Source: Gekko japonicus (taxonomy: Eukaryota). From it: a stretch of DNA of 64,000 nucleotides. Under the pieces are notes generated by a model. That model did not search any database. It saw only the letters and a program-made list of their open reading frames with translations, and was not told where the DNA came from. Shown here one piece after another: positions 1 to 13,679 of the stretch. Where the stretch lies: positions 343,455 to 407,454 of the forward strand of contig NW_015162518.1 in NCBI RefSeq assembly GCF_001447785.1, in the 5' to 3' direction. How positions within the stretch are numbered: position 1 is the stretch's first letter; the number at the start of each line of letters is the position of its first letter. A program made the translations under genes and the position numbers.

Positions 1-518
1 GGGAGGGAGGGAGGGAGGGAGGTTGGTTCTCTGATCACCAAGGATCATGTGACCTACATGTGCAAAAGCTATGTGGAATTGGGCATATAGACTGAATGAA
101 AATACTGGATGGGTCCTACAGCTTATTCCACCAATCTCCACTAGTGGAAAGAGGGGATGATTTCACCTGTTTCCTCTCCATAGGGCAGATCCATATGTCC
201 ATTGTACATATGAGGGTTTCTGGTCCATGGGACTACCTTTTTTTTGAATCACACAGGGGTTCTGGTAGAAAGAGAAGAACATAGCTTATGGTTCATATGG
301 TTCAGCCCATGTTTTCACCTCTCACAGCTGCTTCCCATGATAACTTTACAGACCTTGACAGAAGGAAGATGAAGGCTGCAGTCAGACGACAGGCTTGGTG
401 TAGTCTGGCCGCACCTCTATTTTATCTGGTGTTATTTGTTCCAGAGAGGTTTGTACAAACCTACCTTACCACATGCTCACTCTGTGGTTGACTGTTCAAA
501 TTATTGCTACACAGTAAC

Positions 519-599
519 CACAGAGCAGGTGGGCGGGAAGCATCCTTTTAAAAAAATTGACAGAGCAGGTGGGCGGGAAGCATCCTTTAAAAAAATTGT
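519..599. repeat. Local tandem duplication, ~41-bp unit x2
   Basis: cagagcaggtgggcgggaagcatccttt(t)aaaaaaattg occurs twice head-to-tail. Confidence 0.9.
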
Positions 600-2264
600 C
601 TTTCACGCATTTGTAGAAGAACTCATTTGAAGCACTATTCCATTTTGACAGCTCCACGATTCCTCCACCGAGCACCGTAGCCCCTCTCAGCCCCCTGTGC
701 TTTGCCTCTCTTCTGTGGAATGCATGGGGAAAGTGCAGGTCTATATGAGACCCCGTTGACTTCAGTACATTTGCTTTAGCCATAAACTGCCCCTCAGTGA
801 GAGGAGAGGGCTGACTGCTAACAAAGTGACTCTGAATCCAACCTACAGTCAGAACTAGCCACGGTCCTTGTAGTGAAAAATTCCGGTGGGCACCATATTC
901 TGCCACGTGAAATTTAGATTGAAGGCTAGATATGTTTTTAAAAAACTTGATCTGCAACTTTCTGTCAACCAGGAAAGGTTGTTTTAGCTTAAACTCTGAG
1001 CGTTTACAAAGTGCAAATTAAACATTTGCCTTGCAAAGCTGGATTTTTTACACTAATACTATACATGTGATAATGAGAGTGAAGTTCCTTTTTACTAGTC
1101 CTTACATGGCTCCCTTTGTGTTTCCTTGACGTGCCTCACCTTGACTTGTCCTGTTTTCTCAACATGACCTGACTCATTCTGCTTCACCTTGCCTTATCGT
1201 ACACACTTCTGTGCCTGACATCACCTGGCCAGATCCAGTATTTTCCAAGGGATACTGTCAACTAGGAGAGACAATGAAAATATAATTGTTCCTCTGGGCT
1301 TCTCCTCTTTCATCTTGGTGGTCTTTAGTGGAGCTCCTAAGAAAATCTGAGCAGCTAGTCATCCCCTTCTCTAAGACTTCATAGCCCTCCTTTGATAAAG
1401 AAATATTGGGATGCCTACTTCATCTTGACCTCCATCAACAGCTGATATAACTGATCCAGACTATTAAACAGAGGCAGGCATAATCCTGCCAGGATGAGAT
1501 GTCAGAGAAGACAGTAGCCTTTTCTGGTTAAACCTCCTAACATTTTTTTCCCTGAAATATTTTTATCAGAGTCTTATTCTCTTTTGTTTTTAAGAAGATG
1601 AAGGTCAAAGTTCTCGTAGAACAGAATGCAAGTTCAGCTTTTGGAGCAATGGCTCATTTCACTCAAACACAAAGTGGTCCAGGAAGATCTCAAATGCAAC
1701 ACCCAAAAGGATATAGGAATATTAATTATAGCATTGGTATGAAGGTAGGATATAAAGTCATACATTTTTTAAAAGCTGGTCTTCAATTATTACTGTAGGT
1801 TCAAAGCAATTGGTTTCAAGGACAAAGCAATGACTCTTCTTGCTTTGAGAGTTGGCAAATGGATGACAGCATATATTGTGTTTCTTAACACTTGTGACTG
1901 GTCAATTTAAGATGATTCAGATTTCAAAGTCTATGCTGCGGTTAACTCTTGTATACAAGTGCCACACATTTCAAAGAGTTCAGAACAAATGCAGTGTTGT
2001 TGTTTTTCTGATGGACCAATTTGTGAACAAAGAGATGACATCCAGATGAACTCCATACAGAACCCTCAAAGGTTTGAAAGCACAGTAATAATATCAGATA
2101 ACCAAACTGCTCTGTAATGTTATCAGTTTGATCAGTGTGCTTCATAGCAGGTTTACAGAAGCTTTGCAGTGTTGTGAGCCAGACAAACACATACACTGTT
2201 TTCAGGAGTAAGCAGCTCCTGTCCCTCAAGGGCCCCAACATGAACAAGAACCTAAGACAAAACT

Positions 2265-2520
2265 TGCCCTGAGCTGGAGCTCAGGCAAGCCCGATCTTGT
2301 CAGATCTTGGAAGCAAAGCAGGGTTGATTCTGGCAAGTACTTGGATGGGAGACCTTCTTGGAATACCAGCAGTCAGGAGGCAGAGGCAGGCTTTATTCAT
2401 CCACCGTCTGAATATCCTCCAGGCTCCTAATAGGGGTCAGTCACCAGAGGTCACCATGACTTCCAGGGACACACACACATGCACATATGAAAAATATAAA
2501 AAAATACACACACACACCCC
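2265..2520 (+). mobile_element. 5S rRNA-derived SINE (SINE3-type) with CA-rich tail
   Basis: cccgatcttgtcagatcttggaagcaaagcaggg...agtacttggatgggagacc...ggaatacc matches vertebrate 5S rRNA; non-5S body and (CA)n tail; ~19-bp TSD aagaacctaagacaaaact (2246-2264) / aagatcccaagacaaaact (2521-2539). Confidence 0.85.
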
Positions 2521-3034
2521 AAGATCCCAAGACAAAACTAGAATAGGAGAAGTGTTTGTTGTTTGTTTGCACAGGTCTAAATTTTTCCAAGGACATTCCA
2601 GATAGGTGTGTAAGTAACTGGTTCCTTGTTAATTACAATGGAATCTCAGTCTTATGTTGTTTATACAGCCCAGTACTTGCAAGAGAGGTAGGGTGAGTGT
2701 TAGATTAATGTACACTGACCAAGAGTGTAAATGATTTACTTCACTCATGGATGGAACTGTAGCTTGCCATGCTAGGTAGATAAGAGCTTGCTACTTAGTT
2801 ACTGGTCTTTAAGCATCTTTCTAGTTAACTTCCTGTTCAAGAAAGTTTTTTTAAAAGATGGGGGGAGTGTTTGCAAATTTTCTTCTGGACCTGGGCACTT
2901 GTTTTTGCAGGAAAAGGACTTGTTGAAAGGCAGTTCTGCCTCTGTGGGGCTTATGTACTCTAGCATATACTCAGGCAACATTCTGCTGTTTGTACTACAT
3001 GATATTACATACATTGCAGCTGGTTGGTTAGGTG

Positions 3035-4071
3035 GATGGTTAGGTGGATAGGGAACTGGTTGGAGAACCGCAGTCAAAGAGTAGTTGTCAATGGCATTTC
3101 ATCTGAATGGAGGGAGGTGGGTTGCCACAGGACTCGGTTCTGGGCCCGGTACTTTTCAGTGCTTTTATAAATTGTCTGGTTGAGGGTGTGGAGGGGCAAC
3201 TCATTAAATTTGCAGATGGCACCAAATTGGGAGGAGTAGCGAACACCCCTGAAGATAGAGAATTCAATGAGATCTGAACATGCTGGAAAAGTGGGCGGGT
3301 GTGAACATTATGCAATTTAACTAGGATAAGTGCCGAGTTCTACATCTGGATAAAAAAAAAAATTAGGAACATGCATACTTGATGGCAAATACACTTCTGG
3401 GTAGCAGTGTGTGTGAACAAGATCTTGGGTGGACTGTAAATTAAATATGAGCAGTCAATGTGATGCAGCGACAAAAAAAGGTTAATGCGGTCTTGGGGTG
3501 TATCAGCAGAGGCATAACATCCAAATCTCAAGATGCCATAGTCCCGTTGCACACTACATTGGTGTATTGTGTGCAGTTCTGGAGGCCTCACTTCAAAAAT
3601 GATGTGGACAGAATGGAGTGGGTGCAGAGGAGAACGACGAGGATGATCAGGCGCCTGGAGACCAAGTCTTATGAGGAAAGGCTGAGGGACTTGGGAATGT
3701 TTAGTCTGGAGAAGAGGAGGTTGAGGGGGGGCATGATTGCTCTCTTTAGTTATTTGAAGGGCCATCACTTAGAGAAGGGCAGGGAGCTGTTCCTGTTGGC
3801 AGCAGAGGATAGGACTCGCAATAATAGGTTTAAATTAAGGGTGGGAAGGTAGCAGCTGGATATTAGGAAAACCTTTCTTTACAGTAAGAGTTGCTCAACT
3901 GTGGAATCAGCTGCCTAGGGAGGTGGTTAGCTCCCCTTCACTGACAGCCTTTAAGCAGTGGCTGGACAAACACTTGTCATGGATGCTCTAGGATGATCCT
4001 TCATTGAGCAGGGTGTTGGACTAGATGGTCTGAATGGCCCCTTCCAATTCTGTGGTTCTATGATTCTATGA
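3035..4071 (+). mobile_element. CR1 LINE, 5'-truncated, degenerate ORF2 RT C-terminus plus 3' UTR
   Basis: ORF 3460-3852 (NAVLGCISRGITSKSQDAIVPL..YCVQFWRPHFKNDVDRMEWVQRR..YEERLRDLGMFSLEKRRLRG); upstream KFADGTKLGG; ends in the CR1 tail ttctatgattctatga. Confidence 0.95.
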
Positions 4072-6429
4072 ACACTCGAGCATAACTACAGAAAGTCCTG
4101 CTGGTTTTATTCCAAGCATTACCCTACAGGAAAATGCAATGCACAGTTTACCATTTTTCTGATGCCATTTTATCTTTCGGATTAGAATGCACAGATCAAC
4201 TTTCAAGTCAGGACACTGTGAATTTTGCTGGGAAACACATGCAACTGTCAAACTTACCATGCTTAAAGGGGGTGATCAGATGTGAGCCAGTCACTCGGTC
4301 TGTTTGCTTTGTGCTAAGCAGCTTTGTGCATCAGGTTGTCTCAAAATTGCACATGTGCAAAGACACTGCTGATGCAAACTGATGGGTGTCCATTAGCATC
4401 ACTAAGCACTCCTTAGACAAACACCAAAGAACAGGATTTTATTGAAATACAGCATTTACTGATGACTGCTTTCTATGATTTATGAGTGACCTAATTGTCT
4501 ACTTAAACAATCACCTGCTGTGCGGAGCAATTACACAGCAAGGATGGGGATGGGTATCATGGGATGTGAGAGAATGTGCATCAGTGGACAGCCAATTGCA
4601 CCATACTGCAGGGGTAGGAGGAATACAGTGAAACTGCCTGCTGAAATCTCAGAGTGAGGACCACTGAAAAATCAGGTCTCTCTTTGCAACTGGCAAACCA
4701 GATGTGAGCTGAACCAGCAGTTATTCAAGAATCCCTGCTTTCAGGTTTCATACTGTCTATATTTCTATGTTAAATGTCTAAATTGAGTCTCAGCGAGAAA
4801 GCTGGACTACAAATAAATATATACAAATGTACAGCAGACAATCAGTTCATAAATAATTAGCAAATAGCAAAGACACATTTTCTTGGGCTGGAGGCCTAGA
4901 GAATGCTTGCTGCTGATCCAATCACACCTTAACATATTAATTCAAGGGCAACGAAGCAGAGTCCTAAACCGTCCAGCGAACTATCTGGCAAACAGTTTCA
5001 GGCAAAGGCCCATGCTGCATCTAACATTCGCTCTGATGTTTTACCAAACCCACACTCGAACAGAAAAAAGATGCGGCTCAAAACCCCATTCAAATACTGC
5101 AGTCACCCCTGAATGGCCATAGATCTATGCTGACAGTACCATAAAATGGAGAGAACAAAGGAAGTGAAATGGGGAATGCAGTGTGGAGGCTTCCATAAAA
5201 TCCGACAATGAAAGTAAGTGAAAGTGGCATGCAGTGGAGAGTGGAATTTCTGTTCCAACGTGGGCTTGGCAAAACAGTGGAGTGAATGCTAGATGCAGAA
5301 TGGGCCAAAGTTTTAGGGAATTTTACACAGTCTCTCCTCAAATGTAGCATTGGCTGATACATGACTCAAAGAAAGCTTTTTGGTTTCCTCACAACAGACA
5401 GCTTAGTCAAGAACAGCCAGGTAAATAATCTCTTTCTAGCAAACAGTATCCTCAGCTAAAGTAAACTTTGATGGCACTGACAGTAGGATGTTATGTATTT
5501 GACAAGACCTGTGACTTCATCGATATCCTGTAAGCTTTTCTGACAAGCTGAACTAGACTTTTGGCTTTAGGTCAGATTCAGGTCAGCCAAACAGGAGACT
5601 TCACAGAACCTAAATATCAACTATAACATAATGTATAGCAGATCCAGACTCCAGTTGAGATTTGCAAATGTTTCCTATGCTGTTATTGTTTACATTTGTC
5701 TATATACAATCATATTATTTATTTTGCTTTTCAGTGGTAGTTTCGTAGAATCACTTGCATTGCATGTGCATGTTTTTCTAAAATATTTAGACATTTATTA
5801 TTTTATCTATTTATTGTTTTGGTTTGAAAGAGGATGAGATATTGGAACTCATCCTTTTACTCTTTCACAAAGGGACAAGGACGATAGGCTGTAGCACTGT
5901 TTATTGTATTAATTTCTTGTGTTTACTTCCTTGTTTTCTAATTTTGGTGATCCAGTTTTTGCTGTTCTCATGTCATATCTTATACTGCTTTCCTTGCATT
6001 GTTTTCTAACTCAGTATTCACATCTTATTACAGTATTTATTATATATCTTATACTGTTCCTGTTGCATTACTAAATTTTGTAATCTCCCTTGAGATTCTA
6101 TGAGAAAGGCGCACTACCAATAAAGTAAATAAACAAACCTTCATATGCCTTATCATTCATTGGGAATTAACAATGGGCAGGATGGCCTTGGAGCCAAAGA
6201 CCTCCAAGTTACATGGCTCCATACCAATCAGATCTTAAGGAGAGAACCATCAAAACTCCATGTTCATTATTGCCCAAGGTGGTTTCTGGGTATTTATAAG
6301 AAGCACATGACAGTCTGTTTGTTTGCTTTCCTGTCTAGATGTCTGCTCATTAAGGTTTTCTTCAATTCTGGGAAGGGGAATAAACTGAAAAAAAGCCAGA
6401 TATTTCAAAGAAGACACCTTTTTTTGTCC

Positions 6430-7621
6430 AATCTATACAGTTGGATTAAAATCTGGTTTACTAACAGGAAACAGAGAATGAGTATAAACGGGCAGTTTTC
6501 ACATGGGAAGATAGTAAGCATGGGGTCTGGTGTTTTTTAACTTGTTCATTAATGATTTGGAGTTGGGAGTAAGCAGCGAAGTGGCTAAGTTTCCGAGTGA
6601 CACTAAATTGTGCAGGGTAGTGAGAACCAAGGAGGATTGTGAGTTGCTCCAGTGGGCTCTGTCCAGGCTGGGAGAGTGGGTGTCAATGTGGTAAATGAGG
6701 TTCAGTGTGAGCAAGTCCAAAGTGATGCACATTGGAGCCAAAAATCCTGACAATAAATACACATTGATAGGTTCCGAACCGGCAGAGACTGACCAGAAGA
6801 GAGATCTTGGAGTCGTGGCAGATAACTCACTGAAAATGTCAGCTCAGTGTATGACAGCAATAAAAAAAGGCAAATGCTATGCTGCGGGTTATTAGAAAGG
6901 GAGCTGAAAACAGATCAGTTGGTATTATAATGCCCCTCATTTGGAATACTTTGTATGGTGCATCTCATTTGGAATACTTTGTACAGTTCTGGTCACCACA
7001 CCTCAAAAAGGATATAGCATTGGAAAAAGAGCAGAAAAGGGCAACTAGAAAGATTAAAGGTTTGGAACACTTTCCCTATGAAGAAAGGTTAAAAAGGTTA
7101 GGGCTTTTTAGCTTGGAGAAATGACGACTGAGGGGTATGATAGAGGTTTACAAAATTATGCATGGGATAGAGAAGGTAGAGAAAGAAATACTTACCGTAT
7201 GTCCCTTTCTCACAGTACAAGAACTCATGGGCACTCAATGAAATTAATGAGCAGTAGATTTAGAACAGACAAAAGGAAATACTTCTTCACCCAAAGAGTA
7301 ATTAACATGTGGAATCCCCTGCCACAAGAAGTGGTGGTGGCTATAAGCATATATACCTTCAAGAGGGGATTAGATAAACATATGGAGCAGAGGTCCATCA
7401 GTGGCTATTAGTTGCAAGAAACAGAAGGAACACTATGTCTGGGGAAGTGATAATCTGTATTCTTGGTGCTTGGGGGGCAACGGGGGAGGGCTTCTGGAGT
7501 TCTGGCCCTGCTGGTGGACCTCCTGAAGGAACCTGGTTTTTGGCCACTGTGTGAAACAGAGCATTGGACTGGATGGGCCACTGACCTGATCCAACATAAC
7601 TTCTCTTATGTTCTTATGTTT
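6430..7621 (+). mobile_element. CR1 LINE of a different subfamily, 5'-truncated and frameshifted
   Basis: ORFs 6695-6895, 6879-7124 and 7121-7411 give CR1 ORF2 motifs ([57 protein letters not shown]); tail ttatgttcttatgtt. Confidence 0.95.
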
Positions 7622-8139
7622 TAGGTGGTATGAAACTTGATTCCATGGATTGCTTGCATACATAACTGAGCCTTCCATGATCCTTTTATACCAATGGAAA
7701 ATATTAAAGAGGACAGGACAAGGAAACAACTTATCTTCTCTGAACAGAATAAGAAAGCAATATAATGAGTAAATTGCAACTGTAGAATTCGGTCCCCTAA
7801 ATATCCTATATATAGAATTCCCTTATATATTGGCCATTTCCAGCTCTCCCGTTGTCTCTGCAGTGCACTCCATCAGCCATTGGCCCATCAACCACCACTC
7901 AAGAGTACTCAAGTGCCATTGGCTGGGTGCTGGGCCCACTTCTCTCCCCCGCCCACTGCCAGCCTGGACACTCTTCCCTCACAGAATAAGATATCAAAAC
8001 AGCTGTCTCTCCTCACAAAGACACTTCTCCTTCTTGGCTCCTGTGGGACTAACGTTTCCCTCAGCAGTGGCTATTGCTAGGCAACCACATGCAGCCTTGA
8101 TCCGTGTCCTTCATGGCTCATAAAAGCTGACCATGAAGG

Positions 8140-9730
8140 GTTTTGAGGTGCCTTCAGGGATATTATCAACAAGTCCCTCGTTGAGGGACTGTTCCTGGGC
8201 ACACTCAAGGAAGCAAAGGTCCACCCGCTCCTAAAAAAACTCATCCTTGGACCCGGCCGAATTGGCTAATTACCGGCCGGTTTCAAATTTGCCCTATTTG
8301 GGCAAATTACTGGAGAGAGCGGTGGCAATTCAGTTGCAGAGTTTTATAGATGACACTTCCATGCTAGACCCTTTCCAGTCCGGCATTAGTCCAGACCATG
8401 GGATGGAGACGGCACTGGTCGCCCTCACAGACGACCTCTGGAGGCCTCTGGATTGGGGCAGCACAGTGGTACTGTAGCTGTTGCACCTGTTAGCAGCGTT
8501 CAACATGGTCGACCATCATTTACTGATCCACTGCCTCACCAACACTGGGATTCAGGGTCTTGCCTTGCAATGGCTTGTCTCTTTTCTCCAAGGTCGGGGG
8601 CAGAGGGTGGCATTAGGGGATCAGACATCCCAGAGGCACCTGCTGACTTGCGGGGTTCCTCAAGGAGCGGTGCTATCCCCGATGTTATTTAACATCTACA
8701 TGCGCCCGATTGCCTGGAGGCACAGGCGAGGGTGTCAAGAATACGCAGACGACACCCGGCTATATCTGTTGTTAGGTGGTCAGTCCGACTCTACCCCAGA
8801 TGACCTGGATGGGGTGCTTCAGGACATGGCAGGCTGGCTTAGACTGAGACAATTGAGATTGAATCTAACGAAGACGGAGGTCCTGTGCCTGAGTCGGAGC
8901 GGGTTGGGGGTAGGGATCCCACTACCAACCTTTGATGGGGTGCCTTTGGTGCCAATGCTGAGGGTCAGGATTCTGGGAGTGCTCCTGGATGCCGCCTTAA
9001 CAATGGAGGCCCAGGTAGCAGCCACTGCCAAGGCAGCCTTTTACCATATACGGATGATCAGGCAGTTGGTTCCCTTCCTCGAATGCAGTCACCTGGCAAT
9101 GGTGATCCTCTATACGAGAGCACATCCGGCCCATGCTGAAGGTATTGCACTGGCCCCCAATAGCATACCATATTCGCTTCAAGGTGCTGGTTTTGACCTT
9201 TATAGTCAGGGGCCTGCCTACCTGTGGGACCGCCTTTCCCCATATGTCCCCCAGAGAGCACTAAGGTCAGGGTTGCAAAATCTCCTGACTCTCCCTGATC
9301 TGAAAGATGCCAGACTAACTGCTACCAGAGCTAGGGCCTTTTCAATGGTGGCTCCACACTGGTGGAATGAGCTCTCAGAAGACATTAGGGCCCTGAGGGA
9401 CCTCTTACAGTTCCGCAGGGCCTGTAAAACAGAGCTCTTCCACCAGGCCTTCAACTAGGAGCTGCCACTGAGGAATGAGCTATTAAAAACTGAACTGTTA
9501 TGGCTCTCATGTTAATGGCACCAAGAACAACTATGGATACTGGTTTGCTACACTGGATCACTATACAGCAACCGCCATTTGCACTCATCTGCACTTTGTA
9601 TGTATATTGTTTGCTACGTGAATTTTATAGTATTGCATTTTTGCATCTGTGTTTTATTGTATTTTAACATGTTGTACGCCTGCCTGTGCAGGAAAGGCAG
9701 GTTATAAATAAAAAATAAAAAATAAATAAG
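8140..9730 (+). mobile_element. L2-clade LINE, 5'-truncated, disrupted RT domain
   Basis: ANYRPVSNLPYLGKLLERAV..LDPFQSG..HGMETALVALTDDL, CGVPQGAVLSPMLFNIYM, YADDTRLY, LNLTKTEVL; in-frame stop near 8477 and an internal deletion; AT-rich 3' UTR ending in ggcaggttataaataaaaaataaa. Confidence 0.9.
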
Positions 9731-9810
9731 TTTGGTTCTGTCAGTAAAAAGACAAAGGAAGGAAGGCCTTTCCAGGCCTTTGTGGGGAACTCATTGGGGC
9801 CAGTCCTGAC

Positions 9811-10112
9811 TAGGGTTGCCAGCTCCAGGTTGGGAAATTCTGTATATTCTGTGGCGGTCTAAGGAAGCCAGAGTTTGGGGAGGGAAGAGGCCTCAGCTGA
9901 ATAGTATGCCATAGAGTCCACCCTCCAAAGCAGTTATTTTCTCAGGGGGGGGGATCTGTTGTCTCAGCCATTTCCTCCTGAGAAGCCATTGTTGCTAATC
10001 TCCAGGTGAGGGCTGGAGATGACTCAGAGTTACAACTGCTCTCCAGATGGCAGAGATCAGTTTCCCTGGAGAAAATGGTAAGCTCTGTGTCATTATACCC
10101 TGCTGAGGTTGC
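9811..10112. mobile_element. Degenerate hAT MITE (TAGGGTTGCCA-ended, Blackjack-like)
   Basis: Starts tagggttgccagctccagg; interior shared with copies near 35290-35490, 46107-46326, 49640-49830, 56428-56635, 62700-62890 and 63976-64000. Confidence 0.7.
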
Positions 10113-10414
10113 CATAGCAAATTGACGCTGAGTGCCCAAGGCCAGGACACCTGCCCAGAGCCTCTTTCTAGAGCTCATTGTATTTATTTCCACAACGGGC
10201 CTTATTCCTAGTTAGAGAATAACTCTCTTCTTACCTGATAGATACCTACTCGTATTTAGTCTCTGTACAAAGACAATGCCCGGAGAAGCACTACTTACCT
10301 ATGTGTTTATGCACAGTCAGAAGAACTTATGGCAGCTGAGCACGTATCCTTCATACATGTTGAAGCTGAAAAGATTATAGAAAACAGATTCTCACTCTAA
10401 GGAAGAAGAAAAGT

Positions 10415-10650
10415 CATTTTTATACCCACTTTTCACTAACAGAAGGACTCTCAGAGCAGCTTACAATTGCTTTCCCTTCCTCTCCCCACAACAGACACCC
10501 TGTGAGGTATGTGGGGCTGAGACCGTTCTGAGAGAACTGTGACTGGACCAAGGACACCCAGCAGGTTTCATGTGGAGAAGTTGGGAATTAAACCCAGTTC
10601 TCCAGGATTAGAGTTTGCCACTCTTAACCACTACACCACACTGGCTCTCA
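10415..10650 (-). mobile_element. tRNA-derived CORE-type SINE (Squam3-like)
   Basis: Minus strand gagagccagtgtggtgtagtggttaagag (A box)...gggtttaattcc (B box)...cagccccacatacctcacagggtgtctgttgtgggg...tgtaagctgctctgag tail. Confidence 0.85.
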
Positions 10651-12502
10651 AGCACAAACTGCCACAGTGAGAAGTTACAGATGGATGAGCTTAGTATGTG
10701 GCTCGCTACTTGAATTCTCACTGCTTTCATCCATAAATTGGTCATAGCTGAATGGTAGGTTCAATCCCTGATGTCTTCACTTAAAATAATTAGGCAGTAT
10801 GAGGATAAGTAAGGGGATGTGGAATGGTATTGTGACATGCCTCCACCAGAGACCTTAGAGAGCTTCTGGAAGTTAAAGTAGACAATACTGACCTTGGCCG
10901 CACCCACACATTCTTGGATATTGCATTATTGCTGCACTATAGTAGTAATTCACAACACAATGGTCTTGCCCACATTGGGAAAACGAGTTACAAATGATTT
11001 CTGTAGCATAATTATCATTCAATATTCAACTATAAATTAAGATCTGATTCAATGTAAGCATGACCAAGACTCACCTCCACTATCGTTTGCAGTTCAGGAG
11101 GTGTGGGAGGCTGGAAGGAGGCATGTTTTCAGGCACATGGTGCCCTTTGGTAAGGCAAAGTGGCGGATAGCCAGTTCTCCCACAGCCTGCCACACCAGGC
11201 AGTGCATCATAGCATGGGTGCAGGTTGCAAAACCCCAGGGGCTATTTGAGCAAACCTGTGCAAGTCCTCAGTCGCTGTGTTTTTGGCTCACTGGCTTACC
11301 CATCCACCCTTCCTCGTATTTTGGCATTGATGTGAAGCATATTTTGTCTTATGTTGATTTTTGCTGTCATAGTTTAGTGGTTTGGGCACTGAAATGGATC
11401 CTTTGATGGGGGAGGCCATGCCTTTGTGCCCATCTCCCCCATTTGAGGGGCTCCAATAAGAAGCCTTGGGGTGTGGAGCCACTCAGCCACATGTCCAGGT
11501 GGGGGCTGCCAGCTGGCTTCCACCACCAGGTGGCAGGTGGACCAGGTAGAGGCCGGCACCTACATGTGTTCCAGTATTCAAAGTATCAACCTTTATTCCT
11601 CCTTGAACCCTGAAAAGCAGCTTCATATGTGTTCATGTATTCAAATGGAGAACTAGCAGCCATTTAAAAGTTAAAATGGCTGCCATTTTAACTCTTTCAA
11701 GTTAAACTTCTCCTGTAACATTTTCCATGCTGGGGAAAACTGCACCCACTGAACTTTTGCCTACCATATGTTTTACAGCTCAGGAGCCCAACCAAGAAGA
11801 AAAAAAACCTAATGCCATTTAACTTTTTATATACCGTATACACACACACACACATACACACACGTTTAAGTCTCAGCTGTAGAATATGGTTTCCTTCTGT
11901 GTTAATGAACACCAACATTAGAACTACATTCATAATGACATTAATATAATCTTATTTGCTTTTATCGGCTTGCAGGCATTCAGCATGCCAAACAGTATTG
12001 TGTCACAAAGAAATACTCTGAATGTTTATCCAGTTCAAGGGACTAAACTCCTTATCAGAGCAGGGAATAAAAAACAGTATAATTTTCACCACTGTGTTGC
12101 CTTCATTGTGTTCCAAAAGATAAAGGAGCAATTGCAAAATGATCTTTACAAGAGAAAAGTGTGGGATTAACAAGGGCGGGGATATTACCTAAGACCTCAT
12201 GCCTGAACATTCTTTGTAATTTTACATTTTGTCATTCCCCCCCTATAATATTAAAAGCACTTTTAGTAAAAAGTACAAAAGGCATGACTTGGGCGTGCCG
12301 TTCCATATATTAACTTTAGTTATGGAAATAGATTGCTCTTGTTTCTAATTTTAGGCTTTTTTACATTTTGCCCTCATATGAGGACATTCTCAGGTAATGA
12401 TTTTAACTAGACTCTCACCCCAAATGCATTTTCTTGTGTTTGTTTCTAAAGAGATGCTCTGCATTAAGAAGTATAACATTCAACATACAGATTTGTAATA
12501 AT

Positions 12503-12593
12503 GGAAGAAGGAGAAAAGCAATTAGCTTTGATGCTGGAACCAAAACAGGAAGAAGGAGAAAAGCAATTAGCTTTGACACTGGAACCAAAACAG
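12503..12593. repeat. Tandem duplication, 45-bp unit x2
   Basis: gaagaaggagaaaagcaattagctttga(tg/ca)ctggaaccaaaacag twice. Confidence 0.9.
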
Positions 12594-13190
12594 TTAGCTA
12601 GGGGGAACAGGAGAGGGGGGAGCTTGCTGCTTTTTAGCAAAGAAATTTCTTGCAGCTTAAGCAGGTTTACACACGCACATGCACACACACAACTTAGGCA
12701 ATGGTCTAGGTAACATACCACATGTTAGTGACCCATTGATTTCAATGGCAGACTGTAAAAGACAGCTGCAAATAGATCTTTCTTAATTGCAACACCTGTG
12801 GGTTGATTGAAACTGTGGAGTTGGATCCAAAGATGTCCTTCCATTCATAGAAGGATTCCTTCTATAGGCAGAAGACTCTTTCCATGAGTAAAAGGACTCC
12901 TCTTATGAGTGGCATGGCATGTTGAGATCCAATTTCAATCCCATGTTTTTAACTGGGGAATGTGGAAACTGAAATCCATGTCTCTTTTGATAACTGATTA
13001 GAGATATGTCCCTTTTGAAGTCAAGTAAAAATGAGAAATGGGAAACAATGAGTATGAAATGTAACAAGTCTTCTGGCTTCCTTTAAAATTCATTAGAGGA
13101 AGAGGAACCTTAGGGTTGCCAATTTTGGATTGGAAAATACCTGAAGACTTTGGAGGTGGATCCAAGAGAGGGTAGGGTTTGGAGAAGGTT

Positions 13191-13381
13191 GGGTGCCCCC
13201 CCATTCCTAAGGAGTGGGTACCCAATTGTCTAATTGCCATTTAGGGCTTTCGAGCCGCTGGGTGGGCGGGAGCTAGGACAAGGGCCGGGAGCTCACCCCG
13301 GCCGCGGTGGGACTTGAACAGCTGTTAAGGCTGTTCGGAGATAGATTACTTGCAGGCATTTACCGCCTGCGCCACCGCTCC
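13191..13381 (-). mobile_element. 5' part of a Sauria-SINE-related element (tRNA head plus Sauria 5' domain), 3'-truncated
   Basis: Minus strand ggagcggtggcgcaggcggtaa (A box)...gttcaagtccc (B box)...gtgagctcccg..cctagctcccgcccacccagcggctcgaaagc..gggtacc parallels the Sauria copies at 41890 and 44044 and aligns with 36590-36692. Confidence 0.75.
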
Positions 13382-13679
13382 TTATTTAATACATTCATAA
13401 AATACAATTGATACATAGACAGACTGGCAATTTGGAGAAAACTCTACAATCCCAGAACAGACTTCACAATTCCAATGGACTGAAAAACAGTGATTGGCTG
13501 AGCTGGCAGCTACAAAGGATGTGTGATCACGCATCACCATGTCAATTTCCACCGGAGGAAATAGGCTCGCTTCCCCTCTGCACCAAATGGCCCATATGAC
13601 CGCAGCCCAGATCTAAATAAAAGCCCATTTTCCACATGTGCCAAATCTCATTTGGTATCATAAATCAATTTAGGATTCT

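Noticed and set aside
2285-2370. 5S rRNA gene (also tRNA-like sequences at 25318, 41893 and 44044)
   Set aside because: Diverged, lacking proper ends and continuing into SINE bodies and tails; these are SINE heads, not RNA genes.
7795-8100. Promoter-like or Helitron-like segment (tcctatatatag start, two CCAAT boxes, RFX-like ttgctaggcaac)
   Set aside because: No CpG island, downstream exon or Helitron 3' hairpin/CTRR end visible; truncated by the L2 insertion.
8481-9458. 325-aa reverse transcriptase ORF as a functional gene
   Set aside because: It is part of a 5'-truncated L2 copy with an upstream stop, altered catalytic-region residues and an internal deletion/frameshift.
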